NCBI GenBank assembly: GCA_964494015.1
Contig: CAZBQC010000002.1
Span: 1-49,941, forward strand
Length of the DNA stretch: 49,941 nucleotides
Direction: 5' to 3'
Origin: an uncultured Muribaculaceae bacterium
GTDB taxonomy: Bacteria > Bacillota_I > Bacilli_A > RF39 > UBA660
In this document: one piece after another, positions 33,947-42,049 of the stretch
How the letters are laid out: every line of letters starts with the position of its first letter
How positions within the stretch are numbered: position 1 is the first letter of the stretch
Position numbers and translations under genes: made by a program
Notes under the pieces: model-generated
Seen by the model: the letters and a program-made list of their open reading frames with translations, nothing else
What the model was told of the DNA's origin: nothing
The model's database searches: none

Positions 33947-36043
33947 ATGGAAGAAGATAAGATAACTGTTGTTGTACCTATGTATAATAGTGAAAAATAT
34001 ATAGAACGTTGTCTAAAATCCATATGCAATCAATCGTATCAAAATCTAGAAATTATTGTAATAGATGATGGAAGTACAGATAATAGTAAATTTATTGTTG
34101 AAAAGCTACAAGAAAGTGATTCAAGAATCAATTACTTTTACCAAGAAAATAAAGGACCAGGTTTAGCTAGAAATGTTGGGATTGAAAACGGAATAGGCAA
34201 ATATATTTCTTTTATTGATAGTGATGATGAAATAAGAAAAACATTTATTGAAGTTCTTTACAAAACTATAAGAAAAGACGACAGTTTTTCCTTAACTGGT
34301 GGATATATGATTTATCAAGATGGATCAACCGAAAAATCATTTTTAACAACAAAAACAGAAACTAAGAACTTTAAAGTTCCTATCTGTTGTAATAAACTAT
34401 TTAATTTTGAATTAATTCGAAAAAATAACTTAAGATTTCAGGGACTATATTATGCAGAGGATATAGATTTTTGGGGAAGAATTTTAATGATTAATGATAA
34501 TTTTTCGATTGCAAATGACTATTTATATTTATGCTATTTTAGAGAAGATTCTTTGACTAGAAGTTACACAGATAAAAGTATAATTTATCAAATATTCTAT
34601 GTAGTAGATAACATAGAAAAACTTGCAAAAGAAAATGAAAAGTTCGATCAGTATAAAGATAGCTTAGAATTTTTAAATATAAAAGAAATTTTTATAAGGG
34701 CAATGAAACAAATTAGTCAAATGCCTAGTTTCAGTGACTATGACATAATTAAAATGCTTGAATATGTCGAGGCAAAATATCCTAATTGGTATTATAATAA
34801 ATATATCAGATCTTCCTTTGATAAATATAGAAAGAAAAGATTGGAATTGTTATTTAAAAAAGATTTTGCCGGTTTAATTAGTTATCTTAGACAATTAAAT
34901 TCAGGATATGTAGTTCAATCTGATGAAGAGATTTTAGCACAAAATATTATTAATCATTCCATTGCTGTTGAAAAAGGACAAGCAGTTCAAATTAGGTATA
35001 AAAGCACGAAGTGTAATCCGTTAGTTATACAATTAATTAGAGAAATTCAAGAAAAAGGAGCAATTGCTATTACTAGATTTCAGGATGCAGAATTAGAAAG
35101 GGTTACAAAAGAAACATATGACATTTATGCAATGACTAAGTTGGCCGGGATAATTACAAGAGAATCTGAATTTTATGATTCATTTATATCAATTGGATAT
35201 AGTGAAAATGATTATGATTCATCAAAAAGTAATGAAAACCCAGCTAGTAGAATACTTATTAGTAATCTTACGGATTATAATAAAATTGTTCGTAATAAAA
35301 AGGGGATAGTACTTTCTTATCCTTCTCCTTTAGATGCGCATAAGTCAAAAATGACTACAGAGGAATATAAGAGATATGCTTTTTCTATTTTAAATTATGA
35401 TTACAAGTCACTTAAGTCAAAAATGGTACCATTACAGAAATTAATAGAGAAAACGAAAAAAGTTTCTATATTAGGTAAAGATACAGAGTTAAGTTTTCTT
35501 ATTGAAAATATAGGTGGAATTATCATGGCGGGAGAAGTTAATATTCCGGATGGAGAAGTATATACTGCTCCAATTAGAAATAGTGTCAATGGAATAGTAA
35601 AGTTTAATGTCCATAGCAAATACATGGGAAATGTTTACGAAAATGTGATATTAGAATTTAAAAATGGAAAGATTATTGATTTTAATTGTAACAATCCAAA
35701 TGATTTTAAAGGTATCATAGATATTGACGAGGGTAGTAGGTATATTGGAGAATTTGCTTTAGGAGTTCATCCGTTAATACTTCATCCTATATTAAGTACT
35801 CTTCATGATGAAAAAATATATGGCAGTTTTCATTTGGCATTAGGGCAGTCTTATAGGAATGCTTATAATGGAAACGATTCCAATATACATTGGGATTTAA
35901 TTGATATTCAGAGAAATGATTATAATCCAGGTAAAATATATTTTGATGAAGAATTAGTAAGAGAAAATGGAGAATTTATTTTGGATGATTTAAAACCATT
36001 AAATGACAAAAGAGCTTATACATTAACTACAAGGAGAAGATAA
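33947..36043 (+). CDS. Bifunctional fusion: N-terminal family-2 glycosyltransferase plus C-terminal M29 aminopeptidase domain
   Basis: GT2: ITVVVPMYNSEKYIERCL, IIVIDDGSTDNS and FIDSDD. M29: VNIPDGEVYTAP, GEFALGVHP, FHLALGQS and IHWDLI. Start preferred at the ATG at 33947 (GGAGG 5 nt upstream); the track start is 33935. Confidence 0.75.
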   Translation: MEEDKITVVVPMYNSEKYIERCLKSICNQSYQNLEIIVIDDGSTDNSKFIVEKLQESDSRINYFYQENKGPGLARNVGIENGIGKYISFIDSDDEIRKTFIEVLYKTIRKDDSFSLTGGYMIYQDGSTEKSFLTTKTETKNFKVPICCNKLFNFELIRKNNLRFQGLYYAEDIDFWGRILMINDNFSIANDYLYLCYFREDSLTRSYTDKSIIYQIFYVVDNIEKLAKENEKFDQYKDSLEFLNIKEIFIRAMKQISQMPSFSDYDIIKMLEYVEAKYPNWYYNKYIRSSFDKYRKKRLELLFKKDFAGLISYLRQLNSGYVVQSDEEILAQNIINHSIAVEKGQAVQIRYKSTKCNPLVIQLIREIQEKGAIAITRFQDAELERVTKETYDIYAMTKLAGIITRESEFYDSFISIGYSENDYDSSKSNENPASRILISNLTDYNKIVRNKKGIVLSYPSPLDAHKSKMTTEEYKRYAFSILNYDYKSLKSKMVPLQKLIEKTKKVSILGKDTELSFLIENIGGIIMAGEVNIPDGEVYTAPIRNSVNGIVKFNVHSKYMGNVYENVILEFKNGKIIDFNCNNPNDFKGIIDIDEGSRYIGEFALGVHPLILHPILSTLHDEKIYGSFHLALGQSYRNAYNGNDSNIHWDLIDIQRNDYNPGKIYFDEELVRENGEFILDDLKPLNDKRAYTLTTRRR

Positions 36044-36044
36044 A

Positions 36045-37166
36045 ATGACAAAAGTGCCGTCGCTGATTGTTTTAAATCTTACATCTGATTGTAATTTACG
36101 ATGTAAATATTGTTATGCTTCTGCCGGTAATTGCAAAGATTATATGACTTCAAGGTGTGCTATTGAAATAGTTACACAAGTTTCAAAATATAATGATTCT
36201 ATTGAACTACTATTTCATGGTGGCGAACCACTAATGAACTTTGAAGTTATTAAGAATGTAATAAATTTTTGCAAAAATAAATTAAAAGAAAAAGAAATAA
36301 GTTATTATATTCAAACTAATTCATTGCTTCTTACAAAAGAAAAAGCAGAATATCTAATCAATGAAAATGTTGAAATATGTCTTAGTATGGATGGTAATAC
36401 TGAAATAAGTAATAGTGGCAGGGTCGACTCTAAAGGGAATTCGAGTTTAAATATTATTAAAAGCAGAATAGAGTTATTGAAATCATTAGACTATAATACT
36501 ACCATTTTGGCAGTTCTAAATAAGAAAAATGTAGGAAAAATTGAATCATTTATAGACTATCTTGTGGAAAATAAAATTTATAATTTTTCATTAAACTATT
36601 TTATTAAAGGTGGTCGTGGTAATAATAATAAGAATCTAGCGCTAAATCCGAAAGCACTATATAATGCAACAGTAAAAACTATTAATAAAGTTTTAGAATA
36701 TCGTCGGAAAAATGTTAAAATAATAGAGAGAAATGTTTTACATTTATTAAGAAATGTTATAACCAAAAGTAAAGGTTATATGTGTATGAATAGTCCATGC
36801 GGGGCTGGTAATCATCTTTTAGGGTTCACACCGAATGGGGATATTTATCCTTGCGATGATTTAAGTTCAGTAGAACAATTTAAAATCGGAAATATTTTTG
36901 ATGGTGATTTAATGAATACCCTAGAAAATAATAGTATTGTAAATTTCTTTAACTATTGTTCTTATGATAATATTCCAAAATGTTGTTGCTGTGATTTTAA
37001 AGATCGTTGTGGAGCTGGTTGTGCATCTAGAAAATTTTATGAAAAAGGCACAATATATGAAGTTGATCCAATTTGTGAATTTTATAAAATGATAATACCA
37101 TATATAGAAAATAGAATAAAAAATGAACCGTTAATAAAGGAATTGATTGATGAACATGAAAAATGA
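36045..37166 (+). CDS. Radical SAM/SPASM enzyme (anSME-like), no N-terminal extension
   Basis: SDCNLRCKYCY, FHGGEPL and YMCMNSPCGAGNHLLGFTPNGDIYPCDD, then CCCCDFKDRCGAGCASR and PICEF. Confidence 0.8.
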   Translation: MTKVPSLIVLNLTSDCNLRCKYCYASAGNCKDYMTSRCAIEIVTQVSKYNDSIELLFHGGEPLMNFEVIKNVINFCKNKLKEKEISYYIQTNSLLLTKEKAEYLINENVEICLSMDGNTEISNSGRVDSKGNSSLNIIKSRIELLKSLDYNTTILAVLNKKNVGKIESFIDYLVENKIYNFSLNYFIKGGRGNNNKNLALNPKALYNATVKTINKVLEYRRKNVKIIERNVLHLLRNVITKSKGYMCMNSPCGAGNHLLGFTPNGDIYPCDDLSSVEQFKIGNIFDGDLMNTLENNSIVNFFNYCSYDNIPKCCCCDFKDRCGAGCASRKFYEKGTIYEVDPICEFYKMIIPYIENRIKNEPLIKELIDEHEK

Positions 37167-37845
37167 TATTTTAGGGAAAAAAATAGACAGAAACCAATTA
37201 GATATTATAAATAAAATAATGAAAGTAAAAAATAAAATTCTTTTTTTAAAATCCATCCCTCAAACAGGGAAAACAGCAGTTCTAAAAAGATTATTTGACA
37301 TCAATAATGATAAAATAAAAATGTTTATTACTGGATGTAATCCAAAAAACATGAAGTTTATTGACGATAGTGTTTTATTTGAAATAAACTCATGTATTAA
37401 TAAAAATAGGAATGAAAATATATCAATTTTTTTTGATGAATACTATAATTGTAAAATTTTGGATTATTTTAAACATAATAAATTAGATAATGTAAGTGTA
37501 TATATTAGTACTAATAAAATAAGTAAAGAAATTAGTTATGATGTTGAAATAATAGATATATACGAAGATGTATTTAGAGGTTTAGATAAATTCATGTTTT
37601 CAAAATATTCGGTTGATATCTCTACAAAAGTTCGTAAAAGAAGTATTTCAATAATGGAACTTATGGAAATTGTCAAAATTCTTCAAAATAAAAAGTATTT
37701 AAATTATTCTGTTGATAAATTACTTTTATTCCTTCAAAATAAGCTAAAAAGTAAAAAAATTAAAAGATTTTTACCGACGACTACGGCAATACTTTATATA
37801 AATAAAGATTATCAAATGTTAAAAACATTTGAGTTCAAAGAATAG
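37147..37845 (+). CDS. Hypothetical protein with P-loop NTPase-like Walker A/B motifs
   Basis: SIPQTGKTAVLKRL (Walker-A-like) and ISIFFDEYY (Walker-B-like). Overlaps the previous gene by ~20 nt. Start at TTG 37147 or ATG 37150/37156. Confidence 0.35.
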   Translation: MMNMKNDILGKKIDRNQLDIINKIMKVKNKILFLKSIPQTGKTAVLKRLFDINNDKIKMFITGCNPKNMKFIDDSVLFEINSCINKNRNENISIFFDEYYNCKILDYFKHNKLDNVSVYISTNKISKEISYDVEIIDIYEDVFRGLDKFMFSKYSVDISTKVRKRSISIMELMEIVKILQNKKYLNYSVDKLLLFLQNKLKSKKIKRFLPTTTAILYINKDYQMLKTFEFKE

Positions 37846-37857
37846 TGGGGTAATTAA

Positions 37858-39165
37858 ATGAGCTTATCATTAGTAACTAAACCAAATTTGAATATTCTTA
37901 TAAATAAGAATAGTGGCAAATGGATAGCATTTAAAAATAATGAAGAAATAAAAAGTGAGATTATAGAAATAACCAATAAACAACAACTAATGCGAAAGTA
38001 TGGTGAAAAATTCGCAAATCTACTTTGGAATAAAAGAGTTGAGATGGCTAAGAAATCCAAAAATAAGTTATGTTATAATATGAATTGCCTAGTAATAAAT
38101 GTGACTAATAATTGTAACTTAAAATGTGAATATTGTTATGTAAATAAATATGATAACAGACATTTTATAGAGAGCGACACTATAATTAAATCAGTAAAAA
38201 TGTTTGCCTCAAATATTTATCCAAATAAATTGACAGTAATTTTTCATGGAGGTGAGCCATTATTAGCTTTTGATAAAATTAAAGAGGCTGTTATTAAATT
38301 AATTAATGTAAATAATGTTGTATATTCTCTCCAAACCAATGGAACATTACTTGATTCAGACAAATTAGATTTTTTTAAGAAGCATAAATTTTTAATTGGA
38401 TTAAGCATTGATGGTATAAATGACGAAAATAATTCGTTAAGAAATGTAGATGGTAAAATGAGAGATTATACCCTAAATAATTTGAAAATTTTAAGCCAAA
38501 ATAAAGATTTTGTAAAGCCTCTTCTTGTGATTCATAGGAAAAATATCAATAGTATAAAAGAAATAGTTGATTATTTTAAAAATAATGGATTTGATGGTTT
38601 AGTATGTAATTTATTATTTGAAAGTAATGATTTTAAAAATTGCGTATTAGATGATTCATTATTTGAAAATATGAAATACACTTTGGATGTTATGATGGAA
38701 AATTTTGACGGTGAAAACTTCTCCTTTTCCGAACGTGACATAAGGTTATTATTTAGAAAGGTGGTATTTGGTTTTTTAGATGAATACATGTGCATGAATA
38801 GCCCATGTGGAGCAGGCAAAGAAACAATTGCGATTGATTATAATGGGAATGTATGGGGATGTAATGTATTAATATCAAAAAACAAAGATCAAAATTATAT
38901 GGGGAATGTATTTAATAATTCTGTTGAAGAAATATTAAATAAAAAAATTTCAATTTCTAAACGTAATATTAAAAATATAGTTAAGTGTATGTCTTGTCCC
39001 TATAAAGTATTATGTGGTGGTGGAGGATGTTGCGGATTCATATCTCATCAAAACAATAAACTTCTGGATAATAGTATATATTGCAACTATCATTTTAAAC
39101 TAATTACTTATATAATAGAGAGTGTCATGAAATATAACAAAACTGATATTTTGGTTAATTTTTAA
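37858..39165 (+). CDS. Radical SAM/SPASM enzyme with a ~85-aa N-terminal (RRE-like) extension; paralog of 36045-37166
   Basis: NNCNLKCEYCY, FHGGEPL and YMCMNSPCGAGKETIAIDYNGNVWGCN, then CMSCPYKVLCGGGGCCGF and IYCNY. Confidence 0.8.
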   Translation: MSLSLVTKPNLNILINKNSGKWIAFKNNEEIKSEIIEITNKQQLMRKYGEKFANLLWNKRVEMAKKSKNKLCYNMNCLVINVTNNCNLKCEYCYVNKYDNRHFIESDTIIKSVKMFASNIYPNKLTVIFHGGEPLLAFDKIKEAVIKLINVNNVVYSLQTNGTLLDSDKLDFFKKHKFLIGLSIDGINDENNSLRNVDGKMRDYTLNNLKILSQNKDFVKPLLVIHRKNINSIKEIVDYFKNNGFDGLVCNLLFESNDFKNCVLDDSLFENMKYTLDVMMENFDGENFSFSERDIRLLFRKVVFGFLDEYMCMNSPCGAGKETIAIDYNGNVWGCNVLISKNKDQNYMGNVFNNSVEEILNKKISISKRNIKNIVKCMSCPYKVLCGGGGCCGFISHQNNKLLDNSIYCNYHFKLITYIIESVMKYNKTDILVNF

Positions 39166-39178
39166 AGGAGGTGATTAT

Positions 39179-39307
39179 ATGAAAAATAAGGATAAAAACT
39201 TTGATGCAATTATGAAAAAGCTATTAAACAATAAGAAAGTAAAAATTAAAGTTCCTACTTACAATAGTAAGGTAATGATGGCTCATTGGAGCAACGGATA
39301 TAATTAA
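39179..39307 (+). CDS. Unannotated 42-aa Cys-free small ORF; candidate RiPP precursor (MKNKDKNFDAIMKKLLNNKKVKIKVPTYNSKVMMAHWSNGYN)
   Basis: Strong RBS AAAGGAGGTG 5 nt upstream of the ATG at 39179, which lies 13 nt after the rSAM stop. TAA at 39305-39307, followed by a terminator. The C-terminus is rich in aromatic and polar residues (Y28, H36, W37, Y41) and has no Cys. Confidence 0.65.
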   Translation: MKNKDKNFDAIMKKLLNNKKVKIKVPTYNSKVMMAHWSNGYN

Positions 39308-39318
39308 AAGGAATTTGG

Positions 39319-39352
39319 AAATGACATATGATTTATTCATTTGTCATTTTTT
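39319..39352 (+). terminator. Intrinsic terminator ending operon 2
   Basis: AAATGACA(TATGA...TCAT)TGTCATTT followed by TTT. Confidence 0.65.
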
Positions 39353-39561
39353 AACTTAATAATAAGTGAAAACTTTTGATATTTTTCTGGATATTATTTT
39401 ATAATCATATTTACTTTTTGTTATCTATTTAGGATAATTATACAGAATTTTATATATTTAATTAGTAATATTGATTATCTTTTTTCCTTAGTATATTATA
39501 GTATTGTGTAAAGATTTAACTTTTGATTCTTAAGGTTTGTTATGAAAGAAAGTAGTGAAAT

Positions 39562-41178
39562 ATGAAAAATGTTTATTATTGTTCACACAATAAAGAAATT
39601 ATTAATAATAAGATATTAATTAAACCTAATGCTGGTTTGTATTATACATTAGACAATTATGTTTTATGTTTATTATATTCTGTAAGTTTTGATGTAGATT
39701 ATTACATACAAATAGTATTTGTTGGTAAAAAATTAATTATAGTGGAAAGATTTAAAAATGCTATTAAGCAAGCTTATAGTGATAAAAGTGTTTACATATA
39801 TACAGCTAAAGGCCCCTTTTTTCGACATAAAAAGAAAGAGAATTATTATATAAAAAGAAAATTAATGGTAAATAATGTAAGTTATATAAAAAATATTTAT
39901 GATGAAATAACTGATAAGGCCAAAAACAATGAATTAGATATAATAAAATATAAACAAAGTACAAAAAAAGATATAGATATCCTTAATAAAAAGTTTCTTG
40001 AGAAAATTTTAAATATGAATTCAAAAACAAAAATCAATGAATGTTCATTGTTTTTTCCTCATATTAAAAAGAATACTAATCATAAAATACTAAAAGGAGT
40101 GGAAAAATATAGAAATAATGATATAAATAATCCTCATTATTTGTTCCATGGATCTTGTAGTTTAGTAAAGGGTTATATAAACCCAAATCAAGCTTATTGT
40201 AGTACTCTTAGTGTAGAGAACAATGAATGTGCTGTATACTCAGTAGCAGATCCAAAATATACTATACCATATTTATTTAAATTAAAAAAAGGGAAATTTT
40301 ATAATTTTAAAAACAGGAAGCATGAGTATGCAAGCCATTTTAAAACAGATTTATATTTTGGATTAGAAAATACAATAATCAAACAAGGCAGTATAAGCAT
40401 GAATGCAGTTGGCTATATATATGTTTTCTTGTCGAACAACTTTTTTCGAAATTCATCTGTGCAATGGATTTCTAAAGAAAAATGTAAGCCAATTGATATT
40501 GTAAAAATAAGTTATAAAGATGTACAAGAAAACTTTATTTATGTAAAGGAATGTTTAATTGAGAACTTATATAAAAAAATTGAAAAAAAGAGAGGCTTTT
40601 TGGAAGCTGAATTTAATAAAATCAAAAAACAGTGGTTTGATAATTTAATTGATAACCATGATAGAAAACATATGGAAAGAGTATGTCTATTATCGGTATA
40701 CATTGCAACTTTGATGAATATAGATGATAACGATATTATTTTATTAATTAAGGTGGCTTTATATCATGATATAGGCCGAATTAATGAATTTAGGGAAGAA
40801 AAACACGGGATCAGAGGTGCTAAGCTCCTTCATAGTATCCTAACTAATTATTTACCTGAACCAGTAGGTAATATTAATATAAATGAAATTCAATTTTTAG
40901 TTTCAAGCCATTGTGTTAACGAAAATAAATATAGTTCTTTTTTTCGTAAATATAAATGTTCAAAAATTAGACACGATAGCTTATTGATTTTGTTAAAAAT
41001 TCTAAAAACTGCTGACATACTTGACATGTGCAGATATAAAAAATTTAACTCAATTTTTAAGATTTTAAATTTTAGTGAAATTGAAAGTGCTAGATTAATT
41101 TATATTGCAGAAGATTTATATAAATATTATAATAATTATATTAGTGATAGAAAGGAGTATTTTAAAAATCAAAAATGA
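39562..41178 (+). CDS. Large hypothetical protein with a C-terminal HD-domain phosphohydrolase module
   Basis: The HD module contains HMERV and VALYHDIGRINE...KHGIRGAKLL. The middle region has YLFHGS ... AVYSVADPKYTIPY, a possible ADP-ribosyltransferase-like H-Y pattern (see findings). Confidence 0.5.
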   Translation: MKNVYYCSHNKEIINNKILIKPNAGLYYTLDNYVLCLLYSVSFDVDYYIQIVFVGKKLIIVERFKNAIKQAYSDKSVYIYTAKGPFFRHKKKENYYIKRKLMVNNVSYIKNIYDEITDKAKNNELDIIKYKQSTKKDIDILNKKFLEKILNMNSKTKINECSLFFPHIKKNTNHKILKGVEKYRNNDINNPHYLFHGSCSLVKGYINPNQAYCSTLSVENNECAVYSVADPKYTIPYLFKLKKGKFYNFKNRKHEYASHFKTDLYFGLENTIIKQGSISMNAVGYIYVFLSNNFFRNSSVQWISKEKCKPIDIVKISYKDVQENFIYVKECLIENLYKKIEKKRGFLEAEFNKIKKQWFDNLIDNHDRKHMERVCLLSVYIATLMNIDDNDIILLIKVALYHDIGRINEFREEKHGIRGAKLLHSILTNYLPEPVGNININEIQFLVSSHCVNENKYSSFFRKYKCSKIRHDSLLILLKILKTADILDMCRYKKFNSIFKILNFSEIESARLIYIAEDLYKYYNNYISDRKEYFKNQK

Positions 41179-41732
41179 AACAAGAAAAATTATATAATAA
41201 AATTAAGTTCGAGACCGAAAGATTAATAATTAGGCGTATAAAAAAGTCTGATTGGAATGATTTTTTTCAATTAATGAGTGATGAAAAAACCATGAATTTT
41301 CTAGGTAGAGTTATAACAAAAGATGAAGCAAAAGGTTATGTTATAAATCAAAGTAATATTAGTTACGAAAATTATAGTGGTTGTTATGCTGTGGTATTAA
41401 AATCCGAAAATAAAGTAATTGGACAGTTTGGTCTAGACATAAATGAGAAACATTCTAAGGCTTCTATAAGTTATTTATTTAATAGTAACTATTGGAATAA
41501 AGGTTATGCTATTGAAACGGTTAAATTTATGGTGGATTTTGCTTTTAATGAAATAAAATTAAATAGAATCGAAGCCGATTGCGTGGAAGAAAATGATTCA
41601 TCATTAAAGATATTCAATAAATTAGGAATGAAGTACGAAGGAAAATTTAGGGAGGCTCGTTTTAATAAAAAATATAATAAATATTTTAATGTTGTTTATT
41701 ATGCAGTATTAAGAAAAGATTATAAATCATAA
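41175..41732 (+). CDS. GNAT N-acetyltransferase of the RimJ/RimL (Acetyltransf_3) type
   Basis: ERLIIRRIKKSDWNDFFQL, NKGYAIETVKFMVDFAFNEIKLNRIEADCVEENDSSLKIFNKLGMKYEG. The ATG overlaps the preceding TGA (ATGA). Confidence 0.7.
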   Translation: MKQEKLYNKIKFETERLIIRRIKKSDWNDFFQLMSDEKTMNFLGRVITKDEAKGYVINQSNISYENYSGCYAVVLKSENKVIGQFGLDINEKHSKASISYLFNSNYWNKGYAIETVKFMVDFAFNEIKLNRIEADCVEENDSSLKIFNKLGMKYEGKFREARFNKKYNKYFNVVYYAVLRKDYKS

Positions 41733-41746
41733 AAAGTAAAATTAAA

Positions 41747-41857
41747 GATAAAAAAGTTAGTTCTTTTTTTTGTGATTATTAATAAATTATATTGTCGAAT
41801 AAATATTTAAAAGATCTTTACATGTCGATATTAGTCAAAAAAAATTGTTCTTGACAA
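41747..41857 (+). repeat. Duplicated intergenic block, copy B (right flank of operon 2 region, upstream of rpsJ)
   Basis: GATAAAAAAGTTAGTT plus C plus a T-run ... ATATTTAAAAGAT ... AAAAAAAATTGTTCTTGACAA. See copy A. Confidence 0.55.
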
Positions 41858-41897
41858 ACTTTTCAATAAAAAAGTCAAAGAAGTGTCAAAAAAGTAC

Positions 41898-41926
41898 TTG
41901 CAATAGTGAATTTATTATGCTAATAT
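41898..41926 (+). promoter_or_regulatory. Putative promoter of the S10 ribosomal protein operon
   Basis: TTGCAA at 41898-41903, a 17-nt spacer, and TAATAT at 41921-41926. A ~120-nt leader precedes rpsJ. Confidence 0.55.
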
Positions 41927-42049
41927 TATAAGCGTGTAATTTGCTTAGATGTGCAAGGTTGCCGATACACCAGGTTAAGTTGCTTGGTTAAATCGGGTTA
42001 TTTGTACGGAGCAAGCCTATACTAGATATAGACGAAGGGAGGACAGAAA

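Noticed and set aside
41930-42049. The S10-operon leader, considered as a ribosomal-protein autoregulatory element.
   Set aside because: It is GC-richer than its surroundings and probably structured, but I cannot match it to a defined leader family from sequence alone.
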